Positions 37,801 through 51,526 of a DNA stretch of 64,000 bases are shown in pieces (position 1 is the stretch's first letter; the number at the start of each line of letters is the position of its first letter). The notes beneath the pieces are model-generated. The model made no database searches. It was not told where the DNA came from and saw nothing but the letters and a program-made list of their open reading frames with translations. The position numbers were made by a program, and so were the translations under genes. The DNA is from Raja brachyura (Eukaryota): the NCBI GenBank assembly GCA_963514005.1, contig OY740804.1:4836001-4900000 (forward strand), in the 5' to 3' direction.

Positions 37801-40695
37801 GTAGAAACGTTATGAGGAACATAAATGAGGAAGAAGTCAGCAAGACATTGTGTATGAAACCACAATGATCTTGCAGATTTAGTCTCGAGTTTCAAATTTT
37901 GTCAGCACATTTCAAACATAAATTAATGTTCATAGAGTAATGAAAATGGTGAAAAGAGTCAAAAACCTGGCACAAGTGAGGAATATTTGGTAATACGGTC
38001 ATCAGGTCATAAGTGATACGGCCCATCAAGTCTACCCTTCCATTCAATCATGCCTCATCTATCCCTCCCTCCTAACCCCATTCTCCTGCCTTCTCCCCAT
38101 AACCCCTTTGATTGCAGCAGGATCTGGGTCGATTGACCTGGCGAGCCTCTGGGTAGTGTTGTAGAGCAGAGGGATCTAGGAGTACAGGTGCATGATTCCT
38201 TGAAGGTTGAGTCACAGGTAGATAAAATGGTCAAAAAGGCTTTTGGCACTTTGGCCTTCATCAGTCAGAGTTTTGAGTATAGAAGTTCGGAGGTCATGTT
38301 GCAGTTGTATAAGATGATGGTGAGACCGCATTTAGAATATTGTGTTCAGTTCTGGGCACCATGATATAGGAAAGATACTGTCAAGTTTGGAAGGGTTCTG
38401 AAAAGATTTACGAGGATGTTGCCAGGACTAGAGTGTGTGAGCTATAGGGTGAGGTTGGTTAGGCAGGGTCTCTATTCCATGGAGCCCAGGAGGATAAGGG
38501 ATGATCTGAAAGAGGTGTATAAGATCATGAGAGGAATAGGTTGGGTGGATGCACAAAGTCTTTTGCCCTGAGTAGGGGAATCGAGGACCAGAGGACATAG
38601 GTTCAAGGTGAAGGTGAAAGGTAAAAGATTTAATAGGAATCTGAGGGGTAACTTTTTCACACAAAGGATGGTGGGTGTTTGGAATAAGACGCCAGAGGAG
38701 GTAGTTGAGGCTGGGACTATCCCATCATTTAAGAAACAGTTAGACAGATACATGGATAGGACACGTTTGGTGGGATATGGACCAAGCACAGGCAAGTGCG
38801 ACTAGTGTACCTGGGACATTGTTGGCGGGTGTGGGGCTGGTTGGGCTGAAGTGCCTGTTTCCACACTATCATTCTATGACCCTATAACACTGTGACCACA
38901 CTCTCATTTCACTCCTGCCATTGGGAAGAAGGTACAGGAGCCTGAAAACTGTGACCTCCAGGTTCAAGAACAGCTTCTCAGCAGCAACAATTAGGCTTTT
39001 GAACACTGCACACTAACCTCAACTATCATGTATGGACAGTGTTTGGTTGCACTAAAGACATCAGTTATTTTTTGTCCTTATTGGACTTATTAACTAATTC
39101 ATTTTTGTACATTATACATTAACTGTGTGCATTGTGTTTACAAGCACAATGAGGGGAATAGATAGGGTATGTGTTGGAAGGAACAGCAGATGCGCGTTCA
39201 AACCAAAGATAGACTCAAAAACCTAGAGTTACTCATCGGGTCAGGCAGCATCTCTGGAGTAAAGGAATAGGTGATATTTTGAGTCGAGACCTTTCTTCAG
39301 ACAGAGTTGGGGGAAAGGGAAACAAGGGTAACAAGGGAAACAAGTCTCTTACCTGGAGTAGGGGAATCAAGACTCAGGGGACAAGGCTTCAGGTGAAAGC
39401 GAAAAGTTTTAATAAGATCCTGAGGGGCATCATTTTTTTACACAGTGAGTTGTGGGTGTATGGAATGAGCTAACTAAGTTTCGAGCATCCTGACGAGAGG
39501 GCCTGTACATCGGGCCGTCCGTAGTGGCGACTGCGAAGGGTTCATGGACACGACCGCGGATGAACAAAGGAGGAGGACTGACTGATCGTTATTGCCTTCC
39601 ACCACAATGTAGAATGGTGATTCCACTGTGGTGGATGTTCATGTTGTATTCCATTGTGTATTGTGCTCTTTTTGATTGTGTGGCTGCATGGTAAATAACA
39701 TTCCACTGAACCTTAATTGGCATATGTGGCAATTAATGCGAACTTGAACTTGAATTTGACCCTAAATGTCACCTATTCATAACCTGCACAGATGTTGCCA
39801 AATGCGTTGCCTCTCGTGGCGACCAACGTTCACAGAAGGCCCCCTATGTCCTCGTGGATACCGCGTGTTCCCAAGCCAATTAACCAATTTACCAAGCCAA
39901 TTAACCTACAAACCTGTACGTCTTTGGAGTGTCGTAGGAAACCGAAGATCTTGGAGAAAATCCACGTGGTCACGGGGAGAATGTACAAATTTTGTACAGA
40001 CAGCACCCATAGTCAGGATCGAACCCGGGTCTCGGGCGCTGTAAGGCCGCAATGCTGCCGTTGTGCCACCGAGTCGCCCCGAGGGATCAGAAGGGCATTT
40101 AATGAGGATGTGTTGTCACAAGGGACAGATCATTCTGAGCATCGTTGATGTAATTTAGGAGAATTCTATCCCCTGGGTAAAAGATGTCACACACATCAGC
40201 TTCACTGCTGTCCTGACCTCTCATCTACATCATTGGAAATCTTTGAGATGTCTTTAATCGGACTTTACCAGACTTCAGTGATTTAGAGCCATAAAGAATG
40301 ATGTTATGTTAACCCGTTTTCTTATCCACTCCCGAAAAGCAAGGGGCAATTTGCAGAAGACAATTAACCTACAAACCCACACGTCTTTGGGATGTGGATG
40401 GAAACCGGAGCACCTGGAGGAAACTCACGTGGTTGCAGGGAGAATGTACAAACTCCACGCGGTCAGGATCGAACCTGGGTCTCTGGCGCTGTGAGGCAGC
40501 AGCTCTACAAACTGTCCCACCCCGAGTGCCACCCTTGTTGATGTTGTTGGGGTTTGATGAAGAAGGATGCATAGAGATTGGCGTTTAGTATTAACGCTGG
40601 AGTGGACCAGTGGGGCTGAATGGCCTGTGTTATGCTACATAATATTAGTTTCTATATTCTCAAACATTCAGACAATTCACAATTCACATCCTTAC

Positions 40696-40742
40696 CTGGG
40701 TTTCTTTGTTATCTTCTCTGAGAAATCTCTTGTCTTTCAATT
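40696..40742 (-). CDS. 47-nt exon, duplicate copy 2 (LKDKRFLREDNKETQ)
   Basis: tattttctag| acceptor, CAG|GTAAGG donor; only phase 1-0 is open in both copies. Confidence 0.55.
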
Positions 40743-43700
40743 CTAGAAAATACATCATTATTGAAAGGACCACATCAGAAACATATTTAAACTCATGTTC
40801 ATAAGTTCATAAGTGATAGGAGCAGAATTAGTCCATTCGGCCCATCCGGTCTACTCCACCATTCAATCATGGCTGACCTATCTTTCCCTCTCAACCCTTT
40901 TCTCCTCCCTTCTTCCCATAACCTCTGGCATCCATACTAATCAAGAATCTATCAATTTCCGCATTAAAAATATTCATTGATTTGGCCTCCACAGCCTTCA
41001 GTGGCAATGAATTCCACAGATTCACCAACCTCTGACTAAAGAAATTCCTCCTCATCTCCTTTCTAAATGTATGTCCTTTTATTCTGGGGCTGTGGCCTCT
41101 GGTCCTAAATCTCCTAGTGGAAACATCCTCTTCACATCCATTCTCTCCAGGCCATGTGTTGTACACAAACCTTATATATTTATTACAATCGATGCTAAGC
41201 TAGAAACTAATTTTTGTGTCAGTTTTAGTTCTACTTTGACTTTTATGTTTAGAGATACAGCGCGGAAACAGGCCCTTTGGCCCATCGAGTCAGCGCCGAC
41301 CAACAACCACCCCTACACTAGGTCTATCTTACACACTAGAGTCAATTTACAGAAGCCAACTAACCTAGTATGTTAGTTTAGTGTATTGTCACGTGTAGCA
41401 TAGTTAACCATATAACCAACGATTTAACCATATAACCAACTAATAATATAAAGATATGGTCTTTGGGATTACATTAAAACCTACAAACCTGCACGTCTTT
41501 GGAATATGGGAGGAAACCCACGTGGTCAGAGGGACAACATACAAACTCAGTGCAGACAGCACCCGTTGCCAGGTTCGAACCTGGGTATCTGTAGCTGTAA
41601 GGCAGCAACTCTACCACTATGCCACTGTGCCTACCATTTGGAATTTGTATTTTTCCTTGATTTTAAACATCTCCATCAGATCACTTTGCAACCTTCTCTG
41701 TTCTCAGGAGATCAATTGTTCGCTGTTCGCTGATCAATAATGCACCAGACTAAAGTCCTTCATTCCTAAGTGACTTTTTCTAAATCCCTTCTGTGCCCCT
41801 CTAACAATTTCACAACCTCCCTAAAGTGGTGCCCACAATTGTGACCAAACTCATATTTTATAAATGGAGGTACACGAGACTGTAGATGCTGGAATCTGAA
41901 GCAAGAAGTTATCCTGGTGCAGTCTAGACCCAAAATGTTGACAATGTATTTCTGCTTGTAGGCTCTGCTTAACCCATTGAGTGCCTTGAGCAGTTCTTTG
42001 GCTCTTACATGTTTCATAAAGTTTCATAAAAACTCATATTCTATGTATCAGAGATAATTCATTTTTTTCAATCAATTTCCCATTCTGCTCTGGAACTTTC
42101 AAGGAACTTGGCTATTAAACATTCTGCAGAAGCCTTGTTTTTGGACCTTCCAGTTTGTATTGTCACTTGCAATACTGACCACAAAATTAGTCTGACAAAG
42201 GGTCTCGACCCGAAACGTCGCCTATGCCTTCGCTCCATAGATGCTGCCTCACCCGCTGAGTTTCTCCAGCATTTTTGTCTACCTTCGATTTTGCCAGCAT
42301 CTGCAGTTCTTTCTTAAACATAATGTAATGCGTTACATTTATTATTATTAAATTTTATTGGCCAAACAACAAACGTATGAAGCAACTTAGAAAAAATAGG
42401 AAGGAACAATTGTTTGTTAATGTTCTAAAGTGTGGATGTGGTGATGCAAACATAACTGCTTGCTCTTTTTGTAAACAAGCTTTTGCAGTTAATTTTTTCT
42501 ATTTGTTCTCCAGGCATGCTGTCTAACCCACTGAGTTACTCCAGCACTTTGTGTCTTTTGTGTAAACCAGTATCTTCGGTTTCTTGTTTCTACATTTTGA
42601 CGGGTCTGAAGAAGGGCCCCAACCCGAAATATCACCTATCTATGTTATAGATTCTGTAGATGCACCGTATCCCACCATTGAGCCATCTACACCTCACGAT
42701 GCCTCAAGAAAGCAGACAACCTAATTAAGGACCTTTTTCACCCCAGCTGTCCCCTCTTCTCCCCTCTCCCATCAAGGCAGAAGATATGGGGTTACACAAA
42801 AAGCTGGAGAAACTCAGCGGGTGCAGCAGCATCTAAGGAGCGAAGGAGATAGGCAACGTTTCGGGTCGAGACCCTTCTTCAGACTTGAAATTATACTCCA
42901 CCTGTTTCACAAACAGCTTCTCAAACCTATTGGAAATCAACACGAGGGTGTGATGTAAGAGACTTTTAGATAAGTACAGGGATATGGATTATGTGCAGGC
43001 AGATAAGGGTTTGTTCAGGGCAAGCACTATCAGAGGGGGGGCAACGAGTGCCATTTGGTATGGGCCTCATGCCTGTCTGCTTCAAAGGGATCTTGATTTG
43101 GGGGCCTCTAAAATTGAGGGGCTTCTGCTTGAAATTGTGAAATTGAAATTGGCCTTGGCCTCAGTTCATCTATGAGATGGCCTGGTTCCTGGCATTATGT
43201 TCGGCACGGACATTGTGGGCCGAGGGCTTGTTCCTGTCATGTTTAGTCTAGTTTAGAGATACAGCATGGAAACATGCCCTTTGCCCCACTAAGTTCGCTG
43301 TGACCGGCAATCACCCATACACTAGTTCTATCGTGCACACTAGGTACAATTTACAGAAGCCAATTATTCTACAAACCTGCACCTCTTTCGAATGTGGGAG
43401 GAAACCAGAGCACCCAGAGAAAACCCACGCGGTCACAGGGAGAATGTACAATCTCCGTTGTCTTTTGCCCAGAGTAGGGGAATCGAGGACCAGAGGACAT
43501 AGGTTCAAGGTGAAGGTGAAGGGGAAAATATTTAATAGGAATCTGAGGGGTAACTTTTTCACACAAGGGGTGGTGGGTATATGGAATTAGATGCCAGAGG
43601 AGGTAGTTGATGCTGGGACTATCGCATTGTTTAAGAAACAGATCGTTAGACAGATACATGGATAGGACACATTTGGTGGGATATGGACCAAGCGCAGGGA

Positions 43701-44725
43701 AGTGGGACTAGTGTACCTGGGACATTGTTGGCGGGTGTCGGCGAGTTGGGCCGAAGGGCCTGTTTCCACACTGTATCACTCTATGACACTCTGACCACAC
43801 TCTCATTTCACTCCTGCCATTGGGACGAAGGTACAGGAGCCTAAAAACTGTGACCTCCAGGTTCAAGAACAGCTTCTCAGCAGCAACAATTAGGCTTTTG
43901 AACACTGCACACTAACCTCAACTATCAAGTATGGACAGTGTTTGGTTCCACTGAAGACATCAGTTATTTTATGTCCTTATTGGACATTAACTAATTCATT
44001 TTTGTACATTATACATTAACTGTGTGAATTGTGTTTACAAGCACAATGAGGGGAATAGATAGGGTATGTGTTGGAAGGAACTGCAGATGCGCGTTCAAAC
44101 CAAAGATAGACACAAAAACCTAGAGTTACTCATCGGGTCAGGCAGCATCTCTGGAGTAAAGGAATAGGTGATGTTTTGAGTCGAGACCTTTCTTCAGACA
44201 GAGTTAGGGGAAAGGGAAACAAGGGTAACAAGGGAAACAAGTCCCTTACCCAGAGTAGGGGAATCAAGACTCAGGGGACAAGGCTTCAGGTGAAAGCGAA
44301 AGGTTTTAATAGGATCCTGAGGGGCATCATTTTTTTACACAGTGAGTTGTGGGAGTATGGAATGAGCTAACTGATGAGGTAGTTGAGGCAGGTGCTACAA
44401 AAACACTTTAAAGGCATTTGGACAGTTACATGAATAGGACTGGTTTAGAAGGAGATGGACCAAATGCTGGCAGGAGGAACTAGAGTAGATGGGGCATCTT
44501 GGTCGACGTTGAAAAGTTGGGCTGAAGGGCCTGTTTCCGTGCTGTATAACTCCATAAATCTCCAGACTCATTGTGCTACTGAAACAAAGCATTTTATTGC
44601 CCCCCTGTCGGTACATATGACAATCAAGCACTCTTGACGCTTGCGTTTAACAAAACAAAATCAACCAAATGTCCTCGACATGGATTCAGTTCCAGTGCAT
44701 AAAAAAAGTTATGAGAAGAATATAC

Positions 44726-44797
44726 CTTGCACTATATTTGTTTTGAGTACTGTTGATATCAATCTTGTAATTGGAGATAGTGTGATTGTCATTGGTT
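44726..44797 (-). CDS. Orphan stalk-like exon (EPMTITLSPITRLISTVLKTNIVQ)
   Basis: ctttttataacag| acceptor, G|GTATAT donor, 72 nt, phase 1-1, non-repetitive sequence. Confidence 0.5.
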
Positions 44798-46626
44798 CTG
44801 TTATAAAAAGATATGTTATTGTTAATGTTTAATGTTTTAGGTGTCATTCCTAATGTCACTGTATGTCACATTGCACTTGCGAGCGGAGCACCAAGGCAAA
44901 TTCCTTGTATGTGAATACTTGGCCAATAAACTTATTCAATCATAAACCTATTCATTCATTCATTCATCATTCATTCATAAGATTAGTCAAGTTATATTGA
45001 GGCAAGGAAATAAAATTAAGTCTCAGCTGTTTTCACATGCAGTGAATAAAGATAACAAGATTGTCAGATGGAACCCATTGCTTTGAGTAAAGTGCCAATT
45101 AGCTTGAGAGATATGGTGACTATTATTCAGTGGAATTGGACGTCTTAGTTGAGTTCAGTTTAGTTTAGAGATACAGCATGAAACAGGACCTTTGGCCCAC
45201 CTAGTTCACGCCAACCAGCGATCCCACCCGCACACCAGCACTATCCTGCACACACTAGCGTCAAATTACAGTTTTACCAAAGCCAATTAACCTACAAACC
45301 TGCACGTCTTTGGAGTGTGGGAAGAAACCAAGATCTCAGAGAAAACCCACTTGGTCATGGGGAGAACATACAAACTCCGTACAGACAGCACCCGTAGTCA
45401 GGATCGAACCCGTGTCTCTGGCGCTGAAATGAAGGCAGCAACTCCAGCACTGTACACTCGTACACCCTATGTATCATTTATATTTTTGTGTGTCTACGTG
45501 TATGTGCCTGTGATGTTGCCACAAGCGTGATTTTCATTGTACCTGCACCTCACCATATGTGCATATAAGAATAAGCCAGACTTGAAAACTGCTCAGCAAA
45601 GTATATTACAATGATGTTCTCATGAGAAAAAGTACTTCCAGAACAATTGATCTGATGGGATGTCATAGCTTATAGTTTCCCTCTTCTAAATATTCTTCAC
45701 AGTTAAAACAATGAGGCATTTCCAGGATTGAATACAATTTATTCCTCATGGCCGCAATGTCATGCTACACAACACAAAATAAAACCTACCTTCCTTATAC
45801 TTGTGAACAATGAGACTGAGATGCTGCAGATCCTAAACAGAGCGAAGTAGGGCCTGAGCTATAGGGAAAGGTTGAGCAAGCTAGGTCATTATTCCTTGGA
45901 GAGCAGGAGGACGAGGGGTGATCTTATGGAGGTGTACAAAATCAAGAGATGAATCAACCATTACTTTCTCATCTTCTTTTCATTACATTGGCACATTTGA
46001 TAGAGCTGCTCTCTTAAGGTGCAAGAGACCTGGGTTCGATCCTGAACTCAGGGTGTTATCTGCGTGGATTTGTACAATCTCCCTATGACCTCGTGGGTCT
46101 CCTGCAGGTGCTCTGGTTTGCTCTCACATCCTAAAGGCATGCGGGTTTGGAGGTTAATTGGCATCTGTAAAATTGCCTTTAATGTGTAGGGAGTGAACAA
46201 TAAAGTGGTACAACATAGAACTAGTGTTAACGGGGGGATCGAAGATCGACACAAAAAGCTGGAGTAACTCAGCGGGTCACACAGCACCTCTGGAGAGAAG
46301 GACTAGATGACGTTTTTCGTGTTGAGACACTTCTTCAGTGATCTAAGGCTGTCAATGACTCGTAGGGTGGAAGGGCCTGTTTCCGTGCTGTTTCTCTAAA
46401 ACTAAAAACCAAAAAAAAGCTAGAGTCCATTTGGCCCATTGAGTGCATGCTGGATCTTAGATAATTCCTTTCAATTCTACTGCGCACTCCGATCGCAACA
46501 TTTGAATCGATTGAAGTCAATACTCTGAGGCACTTAACACTAGCAAATGAAAGAGGAAATTCTCTTCCAATTACTTCTCATAAGGAAGCAGAGCCAATCA
46601 CAACAGCAGTAATAACATAATTGTAC

Positions 46627-46747
46627 CATTTCGTGCAATTGGATCGGGTGGTGTCATTTTGACTATCATTGGATCTTTTTCCTGTACTTGCAAACGGTGT
46701 AGTCATCATTCGTTCATTCTTAGAAGTGCTACCCGTCTTTTTAGGTT
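46627..46747 (-). CDS. Orphan S/T-rich stalk-like exon (EPKKTGSTSKNERMMTTPFASTGKRSNDSQNDTTRSNCTK)
   Basis: cccaacag| acceptor, EP start, three N-x-S/T sites, donor TG|GTACAA, phase 1-2; parent gene not reconstructed. Confidence 0.45.
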
Positions 46748-49700
46748 CTGTTGGGTCAAGGAAATACAATCCGCCATCACCTGCTTTTCACTTGCAATCA
46801 TGTTCATAAGTCATAGGAGCAGAATTAGACCATTTGGCACATTGACTTCGTCAGTTCATGTTCATAAGTGATAGGAGCAGAATTAGGCCATTCTGCCCAT
46901 CAAGTCTACTCTGCCATTCAATCACGGCTGATCTATCTCTCCCTCCTAACCCTATTCTCCTGCCTTCTCCCCATAACCCCTGACACCTGTACTATCTCTG
47001 CCTTAAAATATCCATTGACTTGGCCTCCACAACCTTTTGTGGCAATAAATTCCTCAGATTTACTACCCTCTTGCTTTAGAAATTCCTCCTCATTTTCTTC
47101 CTAAAGCAACGCTCTTTAATTCTGAGGCGATGACCTCTGGCCTTATATTATCCCACTAGTGGAAACATCTTCTCCACACATATGTTAACCCACTCATTCC
47201 GAGGATCATTCTCGTAACCCTCCTCCTTCTTTATTGAATTCCACCGATTCATCACCCTCTGACTAAACGTTTATTGAGCAATTCTTTGCAATAATGCAAC
47301 AACAACTTGCATTTCAACAGTGCCTTAAAGGTGATGGAAAAGTCTCAAGGTTCTTCACAGCACCATTGTCAGGTGGAATTTGGTATCGGCTCACATGCTG
47401 GTTCGAGATACAGCATGGAAACAGACCCTTCGGCCCACCGAGTCCACGCTGACCATCGATCACCCGTTCACACTAGTCCCACGTTACACCACTTTTACAT
47501 GCACTCCCTACACATTGAGTGCAATTCGACAAGAGGGCCAATTAACCTACAGAGCCACAAGTCTTTGGAATGTGGGAGGAAACCGGAGCACCCAGAGGAG
47601 ACCCACGCTGTCAAAGGGAGAACATGCAAACTCCACACTGATTGCGCCGGAGGTCAGAATCGAACCGGGGTCTCTGTGGGTGGTTGCAGTTCCACCTACA
47701 GCAACCCCAACCCCACAAATATCACCCAGAACAAGCCTCTCCATCACCATTGTAGCAGTGTTACAACACAATGCTAGCAACTCACGTCAAAATAGGTTGA
47801 GAAACAGGGAGACACAAGGAAGTACAGATGCAGTAATATCTGATAGTCCGCTCGGGTAGATTGCAACCCAATGGTGGGAACATTGAATTTTCTAGTTTTA
47901 AGTAATTAACCCACAACAATCCTTTCCCCTAGCCTCCGTCCCTTTCCACATATATAATCCTTTCCTCCAGCTTCACATTTCATGCCTCTTCTCTCCATAT
48001 CTCCCAGTCTTTTATCTTCTTTCCATCTCTGGCCTTCATCCACCCATCAGCCAATAACCCTCTCTCCCTCACTTGTATCCACCTATCACTTGCCAGGCTT
48101 CATCCTTCCCCCACCTCTCTCCCAGCTTTCTCCCCCCTACTACAATCAGCCTGAAGAAGGGTCCCAACCCAAAACGTCACCTATCCATGTTCTCTGGAGA
48201 TGCTGCCTGGCCTATTGAGTTACTCCAGCATTATATGTCTGTTTTTGAAAAATAGGAAGTTGTGACGTTGATAAGAAGATTTGAACACCAGTGTAAATAT
48301 TTTGAAACCAAATCATTGATTCTATGGGTTAGGGTTGTTATGACTATGCAGGGTGGGTTATCAGATCTGTGAGGTGTGGAGAACCATGGTCAAGTGAAAA
48401 TCCACCCACATGTCACAGTGCCAGGGTGAAGGGTGAGTGGGGCAGAGCAGGGTGGGGCACTGGCACCAGAGCTAAACACATAGAGGCATATAGCACAGAA
48501 ACAGGCCCTTCTTCCCAACTTGACCATGCTGACCAAACTGCTTACCTGCACTAGTTTAGTTTAGAGATACAGCGTGGAAACTAGCCCTTCGGCCCACCGA
48601 GTTCGCACCGAACAGCAATCCCCACGCATTAACACTATCCTACACGCACTAGGGTCTATTTCCACCTATTCCAAGCCAACTAACCTTTACGTTTTTGGAT
48701 TGTGCGAGCAAACTGAATATCTCGGAGAAAACCCAGGCGGTCACGGGGAGAACGTACAAACTCCATAGACAGCACCCGTAGTTGGGATCAAACCCGACTG
48801 TAAGCGCTGTAAGGCAGCAGCTCTACCACTGTGCCACCGTGCCGCCCTAGACCACTTGTCCCACTTGCCCGCGTTTGACCCATCTCCTCTTTGTTCTGCC
48901 ATATATTGGTAAACATCCAGTTTTCAACCTCAGTCAGGAAGTAGTGTCTCGGCCGGAATACAAACATGCACTTTTTGCCTCCACAGATGCTGCTTGACCC
49001 GTTGAGTTTTCCAGGTGTTCTGCCCATTGTTCCAGATTCTAGTAAATGCAATCTCCTTTGTCTTCTCCCTCACACAACCCTAATCCTACCTGAACAATGT
49101 TCCCTCACAGAAGCTGATGGGTACATGGATGGAGCATGTCCAGAGGAGGTAGTGGAGACAGGTACTATTAACAACATTTAAAAGCATTAGGACATGGTAC
49201 GTGGATAGGAAAGGTTTGTAGGGACAGGGGTCAAATGCAGGCCTGGTTTTTACGGTGGCGCAGCTGTAGAGTTGCCGCCTTACATTGCATAACAGCGCCA
49301 GATACCCGGGTTCAATCCCGGCTACAGGTGCTTGTCTGTACATAGTCTGTACTTCCTCCCAGTGACCTGCGCGGGTTTTCTCTGAGAACTTCAGTTTCCT
49401 CCCACACTCCAAAGACGTACAGCTTTGTAGGTTAATTGGGTTGGTGTAAATGTAAACATTTGTGTTGATGTGCGGGGATGACTGGACGGTGCGGACACTG
49501 TGGGCCAGAGGGCCTGTTTCCGTACTGTATCTCTAAACTAAACTAAACTAAAGAGGGACTAGCGTACATGGGACATCTTGATCGGCACAGGGCAAGCTGT
49601 TTCCATGCTGGATCACTCTATGATTTTCAGGAGTTGGCCATTTGGCCCTTCGAGTCAGCACCGCCATTCAATGTGATCATGGCAGATCATCCACAATCTG

Positions 49701-50422
49701 TACCCCGTTCCTGCCTTATCCGCATATCCTTTGACTCCGCTATCTATAAGAGCCCTATCTAGCCCTCTCTTGAAAGTATCCAGAGAACCGGCCTCCACCA
49801 CTCTCTGAGGCAGAGAATTCCAGAGATACACAACTCTGTGAGAAAAAATGTTTCCTCATCTCCGTTCCCTTGGTGTCTTATTTCTCCTGGGTAACGTTTC
49901 AACACATGAGAAGCTGAGGACGGCTGGACAAATTAGTGACGTGCATTTTGAGGTGGGCAAACAGTTCACAGGTTCACACGTTCCAGGAGTAGAATGTGGC
50001 CATTCGGCCCATCAAGTCTATTCCGCCATTCAAACATGGCTGATCTCTGCCTCCTAATTCCATACAAGTTCAGACACAGTGTGCCCGCATTTGGGGGAGG
50101 GGGTTGAGGGGGTGGGCAAGGGAATGTTTGAGGTGGTGGACAGAGCGCCAGTCAAGTGGCAAACGTCACCAGGATGAACCAGAGCTTCGAGGAGATGCTC
50201 CAATCCAGGCAACAGGAGAGCATTGCAGCCCACTCCTGATAGGTGCATTGTCCGTGGTGAGGAGGCTGGGGGAGGTGGCAAGTGAGTCACCAAGTTGGCC
50301 TCGAACCACTGCAAAGTCGTTTCCTGAGCAAACGGAAATTGACTGTTTGACTTCTGTTGTGAATGAGGAAGAGGACAACTCAAACGCAGTGCAGGGACCA
50401 ACCGATCCAACGCAGCCGAGAC

Positions 50423-50519
50423 ATGGTGGTGGGACAGGGAGAATTCACCCACCAGAAACGGCCCAGATCCAGGGGAACAGTCGCTCTGTTGGTTCTTGTC
50501 GCTGTTGGTCTCACACCAG
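50423..50519 (+). CDS. Receptor gene 3, probable exon 1: signal peptide (MVVGQGEFTHQKRPRSRGTVALLVLVAVGLTP)
   Basis: gacATGG Kozak context, basic n-region then hydrophobic core, CCA G|GTAAAT phase-1 donor; joining to 62070 gives LTP-VSGA. An upstream in-frame ATG exists at 50363. Confidence 0.6.
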
Positions 50520-51139
50520 GTAAATCGTTGTTTTACAAAATGCTCTGTTCTTTAGAATTATTTACCAGCGCCTTGAATTATTTGTAACCACAGACTCTCT
50601 GTACTGTGTGGGGAGCTGATGATGAATTGTTCAACACTCGTCAGTTCCTGTAGAGACTTCCATCAGCGGTTGTTGTCGTGTTGTGTGCAGCCAAATTGCA
50701 CACAGCTAGCTCCCTGTGGAGAAGGGAGATAACTACCTACAGCTTGCCTTGTGGACCTCACTGAATAGTGAATTACCGAATAGTGAACGTCCTGGATAGA
50801 GTGGATGGGGTGAGGATGTTTCCACTAGTGGGAGAATCTAGGACCAGAGGTCGCAGCCTCGGAATTAAAGGACATTCCTTTTGGAAGGAGATGAGGAGGA
50901 ATTTCTTTAGTGAAACTGTGGAATTCATTGCCACAGAATGCTGTGGAGGCCGTCAATAGATATTTCTAAGGCAGAGATGGATAGATTCTTGATCAGGACT
51001 GGTGTTAGGAGTCCTGGGGAGAAGGCAGGAGGATTTAGTTGTGAGGGAAAGGTAGATCAGCCATGATTGAATGGTGGAGAGTAGACTTGATGGGCCAAAT
51101 GGCCTAATTCTGCTCCTCGTACTAATGAACTTATGATTT

Positions 51140-51390
51140 GTTCTTCAGAATGATTTACTAGCACCTTGAATTATTTTGAGCCACAGAGCAGACTACTGGG
51201 CTACGAGCTGCTAAAGATAAAGTGCTTGCAGACTTGTTCTTTCCTGCACCAATAACTGTTGTGGTGCTGTGCGCAGCCAAATTGCTCACAGCTAACTCCC
51301 TGTAGAAAATGACCCGACAGCTGGCCTTGTTGATTATGGGTGTAGGGGTAACTCTTGTCCCCAGACCAGAGAGTTTGCTCCACTATTCTG
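51140..51390 (-). mobile_element. Ancient Deu-domain SINE remnant (second copy about 50545-50755)
   Basis: gcagccaaattgc(a/t)cacagcta core in both copies; resembles shark SacSINE1 from memory. Confidence 0.45.
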
Positions 51391-51492
51391 GTGCAAACTA
51401 TCTCCAGGTGAACTTTCTCAGTGACTTGACAGCAGATCAGCTAAATGCTTTACCCCTTGCATATCTCTTGACTTCCTCCTTCCCTGACTGTT

Positions 51493-51526
51493 GGTCTGAA
51501 GAAGGGTCTCGACCCGAAACGTCACC
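51493..51526 (+). ncRNA. Minimal type-I hammerhead ribozyme motif in a Penelope pLTR repeat
   Basis: GGU-CUGAAGA-A-GGGUC(UC)GACCC-GAAA-CGUC-ACC: core boxes, helix II, palindromic ACGU helix III, GUC triplet, helix I GGU/ACC. Confidence 0.65.

Larger units (their letters stand above)
34067..44373 (+). repeat. Tandem segmental duplication: 34067-39475 (plus 27808-27954) versus 39805-44373
   Basis: Near-identical colinear sequence at ~5.87 kb offset; copy 2 lacks about 37490-38558 and has an extra 42788-42883. Confidence 0.95.

Noticed and set aside
37765-37870. Minus-strand TM-like peptide VLLTSSSFMFLITFLLKRYFAMKRKS
   Set aside because: Weak acceptor, marginal hydrophobicity, deleted in the second duplicate
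50104-50523. 139-aa ORF as a novel gene
   Set aside because: No recognisable domain; another frame gives a better signal-peptide exon at the same donor
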